A stretch of DNA of 64,000 nucleotides. It comes from Chromera velia (lineage: Eukaryota). Below, one piece after another: positions 30,392-42,859 of this stretch. The position numbers and the translations under genes were made by a program. The stretch's first letter is position 1. The number at the start of each line of letters is the position of its first letter. The notes beneath the pieces are model-generated. The model was not told where the DNA came from. It did no database searches and was given only the letters and a program-made list of their open reading frames with translations. The DNA is taken from contig JAHBMJ010000432.1 of the NCBI GenBank assembly GCA_018398765.1, positions 1 to 64,000 of the forward strand, written 5' to 3'.

Positions 30392-31524
30392 TCTGGCTGT
30401 CTGGCTGGCTGTCACTCCGTCTCTCCGTCCTTCCCCCTCCCGCACATTCGCGCATGCACAGACAAAATACACATATACACGCACACGCGGACGAAGCGCC
30501 TTTCGATCCGTGGACACTAAAATACTTTCACGCACTCTTCCTTTCAGTCGTTCAACTTAAAAGAAAGGAAGGAAGGAAGGAAGGAAGGGACGAGGGGAGG
30601 AGGGGAGAGCCCCGAAAAGTCGTCTCGTCTTTGCAGATTCCATTCAAACGACGACTGACAGACTGAAGAAGAAAAGTCCATCCACCACCATGGCTCCTGC
30701 AGGAATGCAAAAAACTAGGTCAGGGTACAGGAGCCCGGCTAAAGATCGTTCTTCCTTCTTCCACTTCATTCTATCTACAAGTACACACAACCATGCATGC
30801 AGACTGAGCTCACCTCATCAAGGGACGCTAGAGTATCGAAAGCCTCCCAAAAGTTCCCCAGACTCCTCAGACTGCTCGCAACCCTGCAAAAATTGGGTTT
30901 CGGGGGGAAGGATGCAAAACAAAAAGGCACGGACAAAAACACCTAAAAGGTGGGAGAGGAAACAACGGAGAAAAACGAGATACATAGGACGAGACGAAGA
31001 AGGAGATAAGTTAGAAAAGCGAAACGAGCTCACACAAACGAAGAAGAAGTCACACTTCGCTTGTTTCACATCTCTGCTTCACCTCCCCACTTCCTTTCGC
31101 TGCATTTCTATTTTCCTGGCATGTCAGACCCCTGTGAATTCTCTCTGCCTGCTCACAGAGCCCGCACACAGGCAGAGAGAGAGCTACCACCATATATCCA
31201 CTCACTCACCTGAATACGGAATGGAGATGCAGCTCTGAATTGTGGAAATGCTCTGCAGCGGGGCCCTCCAGTTCCATCACCAGGGGCTGCATTTATGCAC
31301 AGACAGACAGACAGACAGACAGACAGACCGCAGGAGGATTTGTACACAAATGAACGCATAGAGGAGTGATCAACCGAACATCTACTTGTTCGACTTTCTC
31401 TATTCGGCCTCCATTCATGCTAATCGACAGGGACTCGGTCCTTTTTACCTGACTGTCTGCCTGCCTGCCTGTGTGTATCTTCCTCGACGACAGTAACTGT
31501 CGACGATGGGTCAAGGTTTGCGCT

Positions 31525-31562
<38 letters not shown>

Positions 31563-33967
31563 GCTGCTCTTTTGAAGGTGTCTGGGTATTTCTTTCTCTC
31601 AGTCTGCCGGTGTAGTTGGGTACCCGTGTCGTGGAGCTGCCAAACATGCCTACAGGCTCCCTGAAAGCATTCAGTCAGGCAACATCGTGAACCTCATCTT
31701 GTATGCATGTCCTTGCATTACCGTGTGAAAATTATCCAAGACTCCCACCAAAGTCTGAGAAAGACGCTCGGAATGACCAACAGACCGAGTGACTGACCAG
31801 CATTCTAGCAAGTGCCTCTCGAGGCCTTCCGTCGGCTTCGTAAAATTTGGAATCTCTCAATCCCCTTCTTATCCTCTCCTCAAAGCTCATTCCTTTTTCA
31901 AGTTCCTCTCTTTTCTCTCGCTGCTTTCGTTCCCTCTCCTCCTGCTCAGCCTTTGTCTCCAACCTTCTGGGTTTCGTTCTCAATCTTCCCTTCAGAGACT
32001 CTCTTGCTTCGATGGAGCCTTTTGAAGTTTTCGGAAAATCGGCACTATCTGCTTCTCCTGGAGATGGGGGGGTGTCGACTTTCATGTCTCCTGCTTCCGC
32101 TCTTTCGGCAGTGTCAGCTCCATCTTCCGGCCCTTCCCCCATCATTTTCATCATACCTTCAAGAAACTGAGAGGGCGACATGTGTTTTGCCAAGTCGGCG
32201 ATGTTCCCGAGAGCTTCAGGAAGAGTTTCAACAAGGTCTCCTTCTCGAGGGGCGTCCTCGGAAGGGTGTGATTCTGCTTCTCTTCCTCCTTCGGCTTCTG
32301 CTTTTCTTTCATGGTTATCCTGATCTTCTGTGAGAGGAGCTGACTGGAAGTCCCCCGTTTCGTCCTCTTTTGATGCCTGGGGGGCCTCTTGCTCCGCCAA
32401 CTGCTTGTGTGCTTTTAGATCGGCAGATTTTGGGTGGCTGGAGGCTGGAGGGTCATGAAGTTTCCTGCAGGATGCTGGAACCTGCTCCCCTTCCTTGGGC
32501 TTGTTTGAGGCGGGAGGGCGTTTGGGGGGGGGGCAAGGGGCCAGAGAAGTCTTCACAGTGGCTTCAGCCTTTGAGTGACTCTGAGGCTGTGTTTTGGCTT
32601 TTGATTTTGGTTTTGGCTTTGCTTTGAGCCGCCTGCCTCCTCGGATGGGTCGGGGGTCCCGGTTGGTGGGACGCGTGTGACGAGCGGGGGGTTCGGGAAT
32701 GATTGGCTCATCCAGTGTGATGGTTGGGGCTGTTTGTTCCGACTGTTCCTTTTCTTCTGGTTGGGTTTTGTCCTTGTCGATCTTTTTATCATCCGCAACT
32801 GGACGGGTGCCTTGGATGGAAGGTTGGTGATCTGTTTGGGAAGTGGCAAGGGAGGGGGGGGATGAAGACTCTGTATGAGCTGTTGGAGGAGCTGCTGTCG
32901 TTTCAGACACTCCAAGTGATTCTTGTTGCAGAGGGGAAGTTGACGCTGCGATGTTTTTGTGCGTCTCTGCTTTCACATCTCCTGCATCCGTCTCCGGATG
33001 TTCAAATTCTTCCCCCTCTGAATGTTTCTTCGTCTTCGTTTCGTCACGACCTTCCCCCCGTGCGTCCTCCTCCAGAAGGGACCTTGCGGCCTGGGGTTCG
33101 GGTGCACCCCTCATCTCCTGACGCTGCATGGAAATTGAGACGAGAAGGGAACAGACGTGAAGTGAAAAGAAAAGAAAAGAAAAGAAAAGAAGATTCCAGG
33201 GAGAGCAGGGACATGGGAGAGGAGGGATCGTCCATCGATCTGTCAAAGGAACTTCGCAATCGAATCTGCCTGTGCGTCTCTCTGGACGTCCATGGGTCTG
33301 CTTCCCCCCATCCGGGTCACCTCAAAGAGAACACGACATCCAGTAATGACAGGCAAGCACAGAAGGCACCTAGGAACATCCTGGTAGAAGAAGAAAAATT
33401 AACGGCGAGAGAGCGGAGATTTATGACACACGTACTGCACAGACGAACCTTTCTCTCAGCCCAGGCTTGCAAAGCCTCGAGAAACAAAAACTCTCTCGGA
33501 GACCGCTTGCCTCCTTCTGATCCTGTGCCTTCAAATGCCTGCAGACTCTCCCAGACATCCCGCCAAAGAGGGAAGAAGAGGGACGCCTTCCTTGAACTCA
33601 AATGAGTTCCTTGGTCACTTTGCGTGTTCCTCCGCCTGGCGTGTCTCTTCATTTTTCCTTGCGCTTGCTCTGCAGACAGAAGGGAAAGTTTGGGGAGCAA
33701 ATGGAAAGTGATAGGAGGTTTGAAGGAGAATATCATGTGGGGAGTAAAATCAGGGAACGCGGTCCGTCGCTTATTGTTCTTATTATTATGGTCCTTTTTC
33801 TCTCTGTTCTCCTCCTCTTCCTCCTCATCCTCTTCCTCCTCTGCGTATGTGTCTGCCTGTCTGTGGGCGTGTGTATGTGTCTGCCTGTTTGTGTGCCCGC
33901 ATGAGCCTGCCGTCATGCCTTCCTGTTTGGCTGATTGGCTGAAGAGTATGCCGGTCTTTCCGATTGA

Positions 33968-34007
<40 letters not shown>

Positions 34008-34063
34008 AAAAAAGAAAAAAAGAAAGAAAAAAAGAAAGAAAGAAAGAAAGAAAGAAAGAAAAA

Positions 34064-34098
<35 letters not shown>

Positions 34099-35560
34099 GT
34101 TGACCGCGTGCGGTAGATGGGAGGAGGGACACATTGCAGTGCCGGATCGGTGAAGAAAGAATACTGCCGGGAGGGGCTTTGCAAGAGGAAGCAAGGAAAA
34201 GCACCCCCTCTTTGTTCTGCATGGTCTTTCTTCTTCTTCTCCTCCTTCTCCTCTTCCTCCACTCCCTTTAACATTCAAATGGATCATTTTCTGGTCTCTC
34301 ACCGAAGAGAAGCGCTTGGACTTCTGATATGAGCACAGCCGCCTGCCGGGTCCTGCGGCATATCACACAAGGGGAACATCAAACACGAAAAGAAAGAAAG
34401 AGAAAGAGAAAGAAAAAGGAGAACGCAAAAGCAATCATGGGAACGGCTCATGGAACAGAAACGGTTTCATGATGACAGACACCTGCTAGCACTCAATGGT
34501 CTGCTGACTCCCCCATTCACTTAAAAGCTCACCGACTCACTTAGCAACCGGCTCACTGGTCCACAAGGTGATCAACTCAGTATGTTAATTTGTCGCTTAT
34601 TGACAGGTTGCTTGAGTATTCATGAACGAATTCACGCGGTCATTCTGTCTCGCGAGCTCTGGATGCCCAACAGCTTCCTGGTCCAGTCATGCATCGGCAA
34701 TTCAGCCTCGTTGTCGCTGACACAATTTCCAACCTTTCCAGATTCCATTACTCTTTGTTGAGCTCACAAAGACAAGAGACCACATGAACTGCCGATACGT
34801 TCTCTCGATCAGCCACCTCTTGTCTGTATTTCCGCTTCCACCGAGTGTCAGACTGACTTTTCTGCTTCCAGAAGTTCTGCGACTGTCTCTTTGAGAGAGC
34901 AGAGCACCGCTTCTTCATGTTCAGTCACAGGCTCCTCATCCCCGTCCTCGCCTTCTGCCTCTTCCCCCTGGGCCTCCGCATCACTCGAAGAGAGCGCGCC
35001 GAACTCCTCTCCCAAGGCACTCACCCCACCTGTCGGGGCCCCTGCAATTTCTGCAGTGCAAGGAATTGCACAGTGCTGTCATATTTTTTTCCCTTTAAGA
35101 TTTTAAGCCAGAAACAGTGACCCCTGACTGACCGCATGCATCCGTCAGACATGCCCTGGCCTCTTGAGAGTGTCCCATTGAGTCCAAAACTGCGGCCTCC
35201 GTGGCTTTGACATTTTGCACAACCACATGGCTGTCTCCCAGAGCCTTCGCTGCCCTCTGCTGAAAATTGCGACACAGTTGCAGGGCCTCTCGTTTACCAG
35301 TGATGCCCTTGCCGCACAGAATCACCACCTGCAATGAGGTAGGGAGGGATCTTGGGGGAATGGAAAAGGAGCTCTTTGCACACTTATCGCCAGTAATCTT
35401 GTGATCTCACGTGCAACGAGGATTGTTCAATCGGATGAAAATGCGGAGCAGCAGGTCGTTCTGTATGGCCAAGTACCTCATCAGCGAGTCCATCGATGTC
35501 AAAGAGGTCAAGGGAGGCCGATCTGTCGGCACCCAAAGCGGTCTTGCCTTTGCTTTGCAT
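29132..35560 (-). CDS. Multi-exon hypothetical protein with helical/TPR-like segments and a long acidic/Pro-rich exon; model incomplete, possibly degenerate
   Basis: Candidate exons: 35560-~35411 (MQSKGKTALG...), ~35328-35133 (...KALGDSHVVV...), ~35049-34860, ~33600-33320, ~33124-31798, ~30000-29630. Some segments could not be phased. Confidence 0.45.
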
Positions 35561-36661
35561 TCCAGCAGGAAAATGGGAATATAATGTGCGCAGGGCGCTC
35601 CCAGAACCACTGCCTGGAGAGCAGTAACTTGCCGGAATGCTTCGTCGGTCTGTCTTGATCCATTTGACGCCCTTTCTGTTCTCTCGTCGTCCCGTTCGAA
35701 GACGTATATATTAATATACACCAGCAATTAAGTGTTTTCTTATAAGTACGATTCCTTCGCGGTATATATATGCATGCATGCATATGGCTCGATCCGTCCA
35801 TATACATATATATATATATATATATATATGGCGGCACGATCGATGCATGCGTGCATGCATGTTATAATTGAGGCGACTCAAAAAATGGCTGCATTAAAAG
35901 GGGCATTTCGCGCGTGCATGCATGCGCGCGCCGAAGCCTTAAATAACGCGCGGGCTTAATTTTGCGCAACCTGGGAGGCGCAATGAATCTTAATAATTTC
36001 TTGCAACTTGCAAGGAAATTGAGGGTCGATCCGCGGAGCCGTAACCGGCCGCGTAACACTGCATGATAAGCCCAGAAAGCTAGCTCGTGTTAATTGCATG
36101 CAGTGTTGCTTCAGCATTCACAGTAATTCATGGTGTGATCCACCATCATTAATCTGCATGTCTGGAATCTTTCTAGCTGTGTAAGCTATAGTATAAGGAG
36201 ACAAACACAACCAAAAACTTGTTTCAGTTTTCCTAATACACCACATCAAAACCACCACACACTGGCCTTCAAATCATTTTTTAATTCATTCTTTCAAGGA
36301 ATCAAGGATAATGAAGAACAGACTGTTTATTTAAATATATTTTTTAAAGAGTGATGCATCGATTTTTATGTAGACTTTTCTTCTAGTTTTTGTTTTGCGG
36401 TAGCAGAATATGGCAGAAGCCTTTCTAATATTCATAGCCTGTTCGCTCTGGCTCGGAGATTGATAGCTAAGGGTGGAGCAAAGGTAAGCAAAAGCGGAAA
36501 TCCCCAATAATACTCTTTTCTATCTCTTCCTTCTTTTTACTTCTTTTCAATCAATCAATCAATATCTTCTAATACCTTCCCAGGTTTCATGAATACAAGT
36601 CATAGAAAAAATAACTGAAAATTCGGAAAGTTATAGCCATAATTTGATCATGACGACTCAC

Positions 36662-38059
36662 TCAAAGTTGGGGGGGCTTTCCAACATATCTGTTCCCCTT
36701 TCGAAGGTTCTCGCCGGACCACATCGGCTGAAGGTTTGAGAAGTGCAGCCTCTCCATCTGCGTTTTCATATCTGGTCTCTTCCCTCCGGGTCCGGCATAC
36801 ATGATCGGAGTAATGTGGTCGATGTGCCAGCGAGTTCCGTAGTTCTCCCAAGACATTCCTGGGTTGTCGTGAAAGTTGTTCTTCTCTAAGTGGATCTTCA
36901 GGGCTGCGTACGAACATCCCAGATACTCATGTGAGCGCTTGGACTCGGGGACACATTTGCCGTCCCGAATAGCTGTGACGCATCTGGAAACGGATCTTTG
37001 GATGATGACTTTCAATCGAAAAATGGGATCACTTGCGTACTTCAGGCGTTTGCTTGCATTCTGTCGTTGCCTCCGCTGCACAAATGCTGGATTGTCGCGT
37101 TGACATTGTGCACAGTAACTTCGTATACGTTTATGCTCACAAATGCTACCTCCCCCACATTCTATGCAAAAGCTTTTCCTGCGGCCATGCTTGCACATCT
37201 GCGAACCCCCGCACTCTTTGCACTGATCTCGTCTTCGACCGTGCTCACATATTCCCTTCCCACCGCAATCTTTACAATACTGACGGATTCGCCCATGCTC
37301 ACAGAAGGAGCTTCCGCGACATTTTCTGCAGTTCGCCCGTTGGGTGCCGTGCTCACAAATTCCCTTCCCGTCACACTCCTTGCAGAGAAAGCGATTGCGT
37401 CCGTGTAAACAAAGTCCGCTTCCCCCACATTCTTTACAGAAGAATCGATTGCGACCGTGTTCACAGATCCCCTTCCCTCCACACTGTTTGCAAAAGTATT
37501 TTCGTTTTCCGTGGGGGCAGATTGTCGAGTTTCGGGACGCTTGGGGAGAAATCGACGGCTTTAGCAGAAGATCCTCTACCTCCGAACGGACAAGGGGAGT
37601 GTGCCCAGAAAAATGTGTTATAGCGCGCGTCTGCACAACCCTGCTGTCAATAGTCTGCTGACAGCGCTGAAACACAGCACTTGCAAGAGTGGTGCCATTG
37701 TAAGTCTGGGCTCCCAGACCGACGGGTGAGCCGAAAGGTCCGACGGGTAAATCACGTCCCCGTCTACCAGAAGGCGCAAGACACACCCCCAAACCCGAAG
37801 TCGAAAGGCGTCGGATTCGGCCTGTGTCCAGTGACAGCATCTGGAGATCATCCTTGAAAACAGCGTTTGTGCTGTCCAGCACGGCAGCCCCCCTTTTTTG
37901 GAAACGGTGTGAAGCAGCATCCCTGACTGAAGGGCCAGAATATGCCTGACGTTTCTGGTTGTTGCCACAGCTTACTCCAAACACCAACCGGCGGGGAGAG
38001 TCCGCTGTACCGAAACGCATCGTTCGAGTGATGCAGCTCATCGCTGCTAGATTTTTCAA
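36662..38059 (-). CDS. Intronless protein: eight 18-aa CxH...CxxC zinc-binding repeats + C-terminal HNH (endonuclease VII-like, viral-type) nuclease
   Basis: Repeats CPHGKRKYFCKQCGGKGI etc. at ~37519-37100; nuclease region LGCS...GMSWENYG..WHIDHITP...HFSNLQPMWSGENLRKGN; ORF uninterrupted (465 aa). Confidence 0.85.
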   Translation of the reverse strand: MKNLAAMSCITRTMRFGTADSPRRLVFGVSCGNNQKRQAYSGPSVRDAASHRFQKRGAAVLDSTNAVFKDDLQMLSLDTGRIRRLSTSGLGVCLAPSGRRGRDLPVGPFGSPVGLGAQTYNGTTLASAVFQRCQQTIDSRVVQTRAITHFSGHTPLVRSEVEDLLLKPSISPQASRNSTICPHGKRKYFCKQCGGKGICEHGRNRFFCKECGGSGLCLHGRNRFLCKECDGKGICEHGTQRANCRKCRGSSFCEHGRIRQYCKDCGGKGICEHGRRRDQCKECGGSQMCKHGRRKSFCIECGGGSICEHKRIRSYCAQCQRDNPAFVQRRQRQNASKRLKYASDPIFRLKVIIQRSVSRCVTAIRDGKCVPESKRSHEYLGCSYAALKIHLEKNNFHDNPGMSWENYGTRWHIDHITPIMYAGPGGKRPDMKTQMERLHFSNLQPMWSGENLRKGNRYVGKPPQL

Positions 38060-38389
38060 TCCTTAACTCTACTTGAGAAGCTGGAGCCGCATGTGAAAAC
38101 AAACGGCAATCAATACTCAGTCTTCGTCACGAAGCTCCAAGAGACAAGTACTAAAGGCTGGACGGGCCTCACGGGGTTCTCACCACAGATTCTGTCTCAA
38201 ATTAATAGTTAACAAGAGAACGCATGACCACCTTCAAACGGAGCTGACAAGCCCTTCATGCAGTGAATTCTCTCAGCAACACAGGCTGAAGGGGAGACCG
38301 ATATGTGGAAAAGGTTTTCAATGCAGCTAGAGACAGATTGAAACCATTGTAGCTGCCTTGACGAGACAATCCGTACACGTGCAATATTA

Positions 38390-38610
38390 CATGTGTTGCA
38401 GCGCATGCGACGCGGTGTTGCATTGAAGGACCCCGCATGGACCCCGCGGCCCCTGGGCCCCGGCATGCAGGCTCCGCACGGGATGCCGGGGCATGCATTG
38501 CCGGGGTCGGCATTGCGCGCGCGCGCGCAGCTCGATCGCGCGCGGCGGCCGGCCTTAATCGCGCGCGCGGAAGACTTAATTACGTTGCCTTAATCGCGCG
38601 AGATGGTCTT
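38390..38610. promoter_or_regulatory. Putative divergent promoter region (GCGC-rich, GCATGC motifs, repeated CCTTAATCGCGCG)
   Basis: Lies between head-to-head ORFs starting at 38059(-) and 38842(+). Confidence 0.4.
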
Positions 38611-38841
38611 TCTCTATCGAAACTCCGTCTCCTCCAACAAACTTCCGACTCCCTAATCCAACATAATCCAACAGGTTGCATGGTACTTCAAACATCTGCA
38701 GACTTCAAAAAAAGACTTCAGCAATCCCCACCACGTCATGAAAAATATCACATTGACTTCACACTTTTTTCCCCGAGAAATGAAAAGCTAGCGCGTTCGA
38801 ATCAAACTCTTCGATTCGATAAAGATCTGTGATTGCTCAGA

Positions 38842-40533
38842 ATGGCAAATCGCGACTGGTCGGCCGTTCGGGTGCTGGCAAGGGTGTCCCTCTCCCTTTG
38901 GCCCCTGACTGTGGGTTTTGTGCAGCCCTTCAATTCCTATCTTCTGATTCTTCTTGGAGATCTCCTCGGAGGCTTCTTCTTTTGGCCTCTGTTTTTGAAC
39001 TTCTCCCTCGTTTTTACAGGAGCGTTGACGGGCTTGGGTCTCATGTCATTGAGGCCAAAGGCAAAGAAAGTAGACTGGATGGAGGGGTTTCATGAGTTGG
39101 GAAGGCGAATCGAAGCGAGCAAGTGGGACATTTTCTCGCTCTGCGGGGGCATTGTGTTGCCTGTGAGCGTTGGCAGTAATGCGTTCACAAGCAAATGGAT
39201 TGGTTTTGGTCCTACCTATCTTGGCGTCTCTTGTGGTCTGGTTTTGTCCTCTCTGATAATTGATTGGAAGGGACTTTTCTGGGCCCAGAAGCGACCAGTG
39301 ACCTGGTTGGATATCCTTGGGGCGTTTTTGGTTTTGGGGGGCACTGCGATGTTTGTAGCTGGCACGATCGAAGGCGATATGGTTGCGGGTGTTAGTGTCA
39401 ATCATGGGAAAAGGGTGGGGCTCTTGATTTTGGCCGTCGTCTCGGGTATTCTCCTGGTTATACAGGGAGCACTGAACAAAAGACTGACACAAGCACTCGG
39501 AGACCCATGGAGGAGCGCGTCCTGGGCTGCGTTTTGCGCTGTGGTCGGATTGTTCCCGCTTGCTATGTCAGAGGGACCGAGGGCGCCTGAGGCGATTTCT
39601 CGTACTCCCCCCTCCGAGGCCTTTCGTTACCTTTCTGGTTTGATTGGCCTGGCCATTCTGTTGACTTCCATGTCTGCCCCTCGTTATCTGGGCTTCTCTC
39701 TGTATGCGAAGGCCCGTGTGTCGGGTGAGGTGGTGGGTGCAGTGCTGATCGGGGTGACTCACGGGCTGTACTCTCTTGCGAAAGAACAAAGAGAAAGAGT
39801 CACGACCCTTGCCATTGTGGGACTGATGGTTACGTTCGTTGGTTTTTTTGTGTCCCTGAAATGGAATGACAAACCCCCGAGTGAGGTGGTGACCCAGGAG
39901 GTCCCACCTGCAGGTCCTGCAGGGGTTGGAGGAGTGATGGGCGAAGGTGGGGTTCGTTCTCGCTCTCAGAGGAATTTGGCAGTGGGTTCTGAGAGTGGGG
40001 ATGCAGGTCCAGTCGAGTCCACAGGGACTGCAGAGGGGGGGCCGAGCAGTGCAGCAGCAATGCCTCCTCATACGTCCACACACACAGACTCAGCCCATGT
40101 CTCAGAAGCACAAAGAGAATACGAAGCAGACCACACAAAGGAAGACTCTGTGAGAGGGGGTGGGGGTATAGATGGTTCTGTTGACAGGTTGAAGGCAGAA
40201 AAAGAAGAAGAGGGGAGCGGGGTCCTGGCAGTGCAGTCTTCCGACTCGAAGCAGCAACTGTCACAGGAATATCTGGAATGTCTGTCGGGTCGGAGGAGAA
40301 CCCCTAAGGGGGGAATTTTGGTGCAGGGGGGAACCTCCACGAGGGAGGAGACCAGCAGTCTTCCTGCATCCCCTTCGAAACGGTCTGCCTCTGCGCCCAT
40401 CGAAGCATACTCCCCTCAACAAGAAGAGAAGGCACCGAGTTCCCCTTCTCGTCCTTCGGAGAGACAGCTTGACGTCTCTTCGAGCAGAAGGTTTCTTCAG
40501 TCGCTCCACCAGTCAGAGATCAGTGACTGTTGA
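38842..40533 (+). CDS. DMT superfamily membrane protein, DUF606/YdcZ-like (two repeats) with a disordered C-terminal tail
   Basis: About 10 hydrophobic segments; motifs SLIIDWKGLFWAQKRPVTWLDILGAFLVLGG and SGILLVIQGALNKRLTQALGDPWRSA; single exon. Confidence 0.8.
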   Translation: MANRDWSAVRVLARVSLSLWPLTVGFVQPFNSYLLILLGDLLGGFFFWPLFLNFSLVFTGALTGLGLMSLRPKAKKVDWMEGFHELGRRIEASKWDIFSLCGGIVLPVSVGSNAFTSKWIGFGPTYLGVSCGLVLSSLIIDWKGLFWAQKRPVTWLDILGAFLVLGGTAMFVAGTIEGDMVAGVSVNHGKRVGLLILAVVSGILLVIQGALNKRLTQALGDPWRSASWAAFCAVVGLFPLAMSEGPRAPEAISRTPPSEAFRYLSGLIGLAILLTSMSAPRYLGFSLYAKARVSGEVVGAVLIGVTHGLYSLAKEQRERVTTLAIVGLMVTFVGFFVSLKWNDKPPSEVVTQEVPPAGPAGVGGVMGEGGVRSRSQRNLAVGSESGDAGPVESTGTAEGGPSSAAAMPPHTSTHTDSAHVSEAQREYEADHTKEDSVRGGGGIDGSVDRLKAEKEEEGSGVLAVQSSDSKQQLSQEYLECLSGRRRTPKGGILVQGGTSTREETSSLPASPSKRSASAPIEAYSPQQEEKAPSSPSRPSERQLDVSSSRRFLQSLHQSEISDC

Positions 40534-42185
40534 TGGGGAGGGACCCGTGGGAAGTCTTCCATGGGAAAGAAGGAAGGAAGGAAGGAAGTACGTTTGCAAT
40601 TCGCTTTTCTTACTTCATGTGCATATGTGTGGTGTTCAATCTCCGTAAGCGAATGCGTGCACTGCGGCATGAAATTGCCAGAGGAGATCATTGGCCTGCC
40701 TGCATGGTTGCATGGGGGAGCAATTGATGGATCGATTGGGCGATCGAAGGGACGAGTTCGAACAACACGAATGCATAAATGTCTGTCTGTCCATGGCTTG
40801 CATATGTGGACGGCTTTCAGGGATTGACTGAAGGCCAAAGCAGCCCAGCATTGTGAGAAACTGTGACTGTCCTTGAAAAAGGGGCTGACACCCTGGGCTG
40901 TTCTATTTAAGTGTTGAATGAATTTTGATCGAAGGATCGAGCATTCCGAGAGAGCGGAGGCTCGTTCAAGCAAGTGCATGGCCCCTTGAAGTGGGGTTCT
41001 TCCTCTTCAATATGAATCATGCCCAGTGAGTGGCAGGTGATCTATGACTGGAGGTCTCTGATGGATTGATTGACTGATTGATGATGGTAATGCGCTGCAT
41101 ACCTTGCTGCACGTCGTTCAATATGGTGGCGTGATTTACGTGGCAGTGACACTGCCAAAGGGACGGTGGCACAGCCATGCACAGCCTTTCAGTACCTTTC
41201 AGTTAAAAAAAACTGGAAGGACAAATCAAAAACAAAAATAAAACAAAAGAAGTGAGCAAAATAAAGATAAATGTATATACACATGGCTACATATGGCTTC
41301 GCTACATGCATGCAGCATGCTTAGCTAGATGTAAATTCTAGATGTCTAGCTACACACATAAAAACATAACAGCATTTTCGAATTCTTTGTTTCAATTTGT
41401 ATCTAGATTTGTATACATTTTTAATCTGAATGGTAATTTTAATAATTTATATGTATACCAGAGTGTGTATACTATTTTTTTGTATTATTGACTTTTGTTT
41501 CACTACGTACTACTACTAGCAAGCAGAATCGCTATTATTATGACGCTATACATATTATATCTTAGATAATATCATATATGTTTTATAATAATTTTATACA
41601 GAGTACCTATCTGTACCGCCATCGTAATAATTTACTAACAAAGCATATGGTAATGTTTTATTTTAACGTTTTCATTAACTTTTCACTAGACTTTTCAACA
41701 GTCAATTTACATGTTCTCATTGCACATGCAGACCTTCAATTAAGAAATGAGAGTGTTGGTAGGTCTTGATTGAATTGTTTTCTTGGTTGTCTGCTATTAC
41801 ATGCGTGTTCTGCCGCAACTTCTGCACGCAACTTTCCCCTTGTTTGCTGGGTTCGTTGCCCTACATGGTCAATGCTATCACTCCCAACTGTGCCCTTATT
41901 TCCTCTTTGTTTTTCCTTTTTGACTGATTTTGAAACAAGAAACGGATGCATGCGGACGGACCCCAAGAAAACTGCCCATTGAAGAGAGGCAGTCATGCAG
42001 ATATCGCCGTCCGAGTACGCACACACCAATGATAAATCGGATTCCAATGACACTTTTAGAACTCTTCAAGTGAATTCAATCATGCTTTGACTCTTTTTTG
42101 ATTTGCACTTCGCGGACAACTGAAGAAGCTTTTTTGCCCTTTCTGTCTGTCTGTCTGTCTGTCTCTCTGTCTGTCTCTCTGTCCG

Positions 42186-42218
<33 letters not shown>

Positions 42219-42859
42219 TGCCTTCCTTCCTTCCTTCCTTCCTTCTTTCTTTCTTTCTTTTGCGGTCTCCCGCCTGGATCCCTTCCCACCTGTACCCCTC
42301 TCCTGCGTGCAGAACTCGGACATAAGCCGATACCGAGGCTGAACGCGAAATGCACGCACACATATGCCAATGGCAGAAGCTGAACTGGATTTCTGACTCA
42401 TTTGAGGACTCTCCCGAGTCCCCTACCTGCCCGCAATGAAGCCGGGGGCCCACTTCTGTTTCTCTTTTGTCTCCCACAATATACATGCTGTGAAGACGCC
42501 TGGTCGAGCTTCTCATTCACAAAACAACTCTTCCTCGCTCACACAGGTCGTTTGCTTCGCTTTCCCTGACTGCCCTCGTCACCGAAGCCTGCTTCGATTC
42601 TACCCCCCTGTCTTCCCTTATTTTTCCTCTGTCCCCACGGTCGATCAAGACAAACCCCAACCCCCCCTCGCTCCTTCTACCCTAGTGCATCAACCGACGC
42701 ACTTACCTCACCCCCCCACTTCGCTATCTTAAAGTTTCCTCTCCGCCGGTAGTCCACCCATTGATCTCTCCAACTGCCCCTGACCCATACATACAAACAC
42801 CGGCTTCCCTCCCCCACGACCCTCTGCAAGTACTTCCTAGGCCGACCCCCCAGACACCC

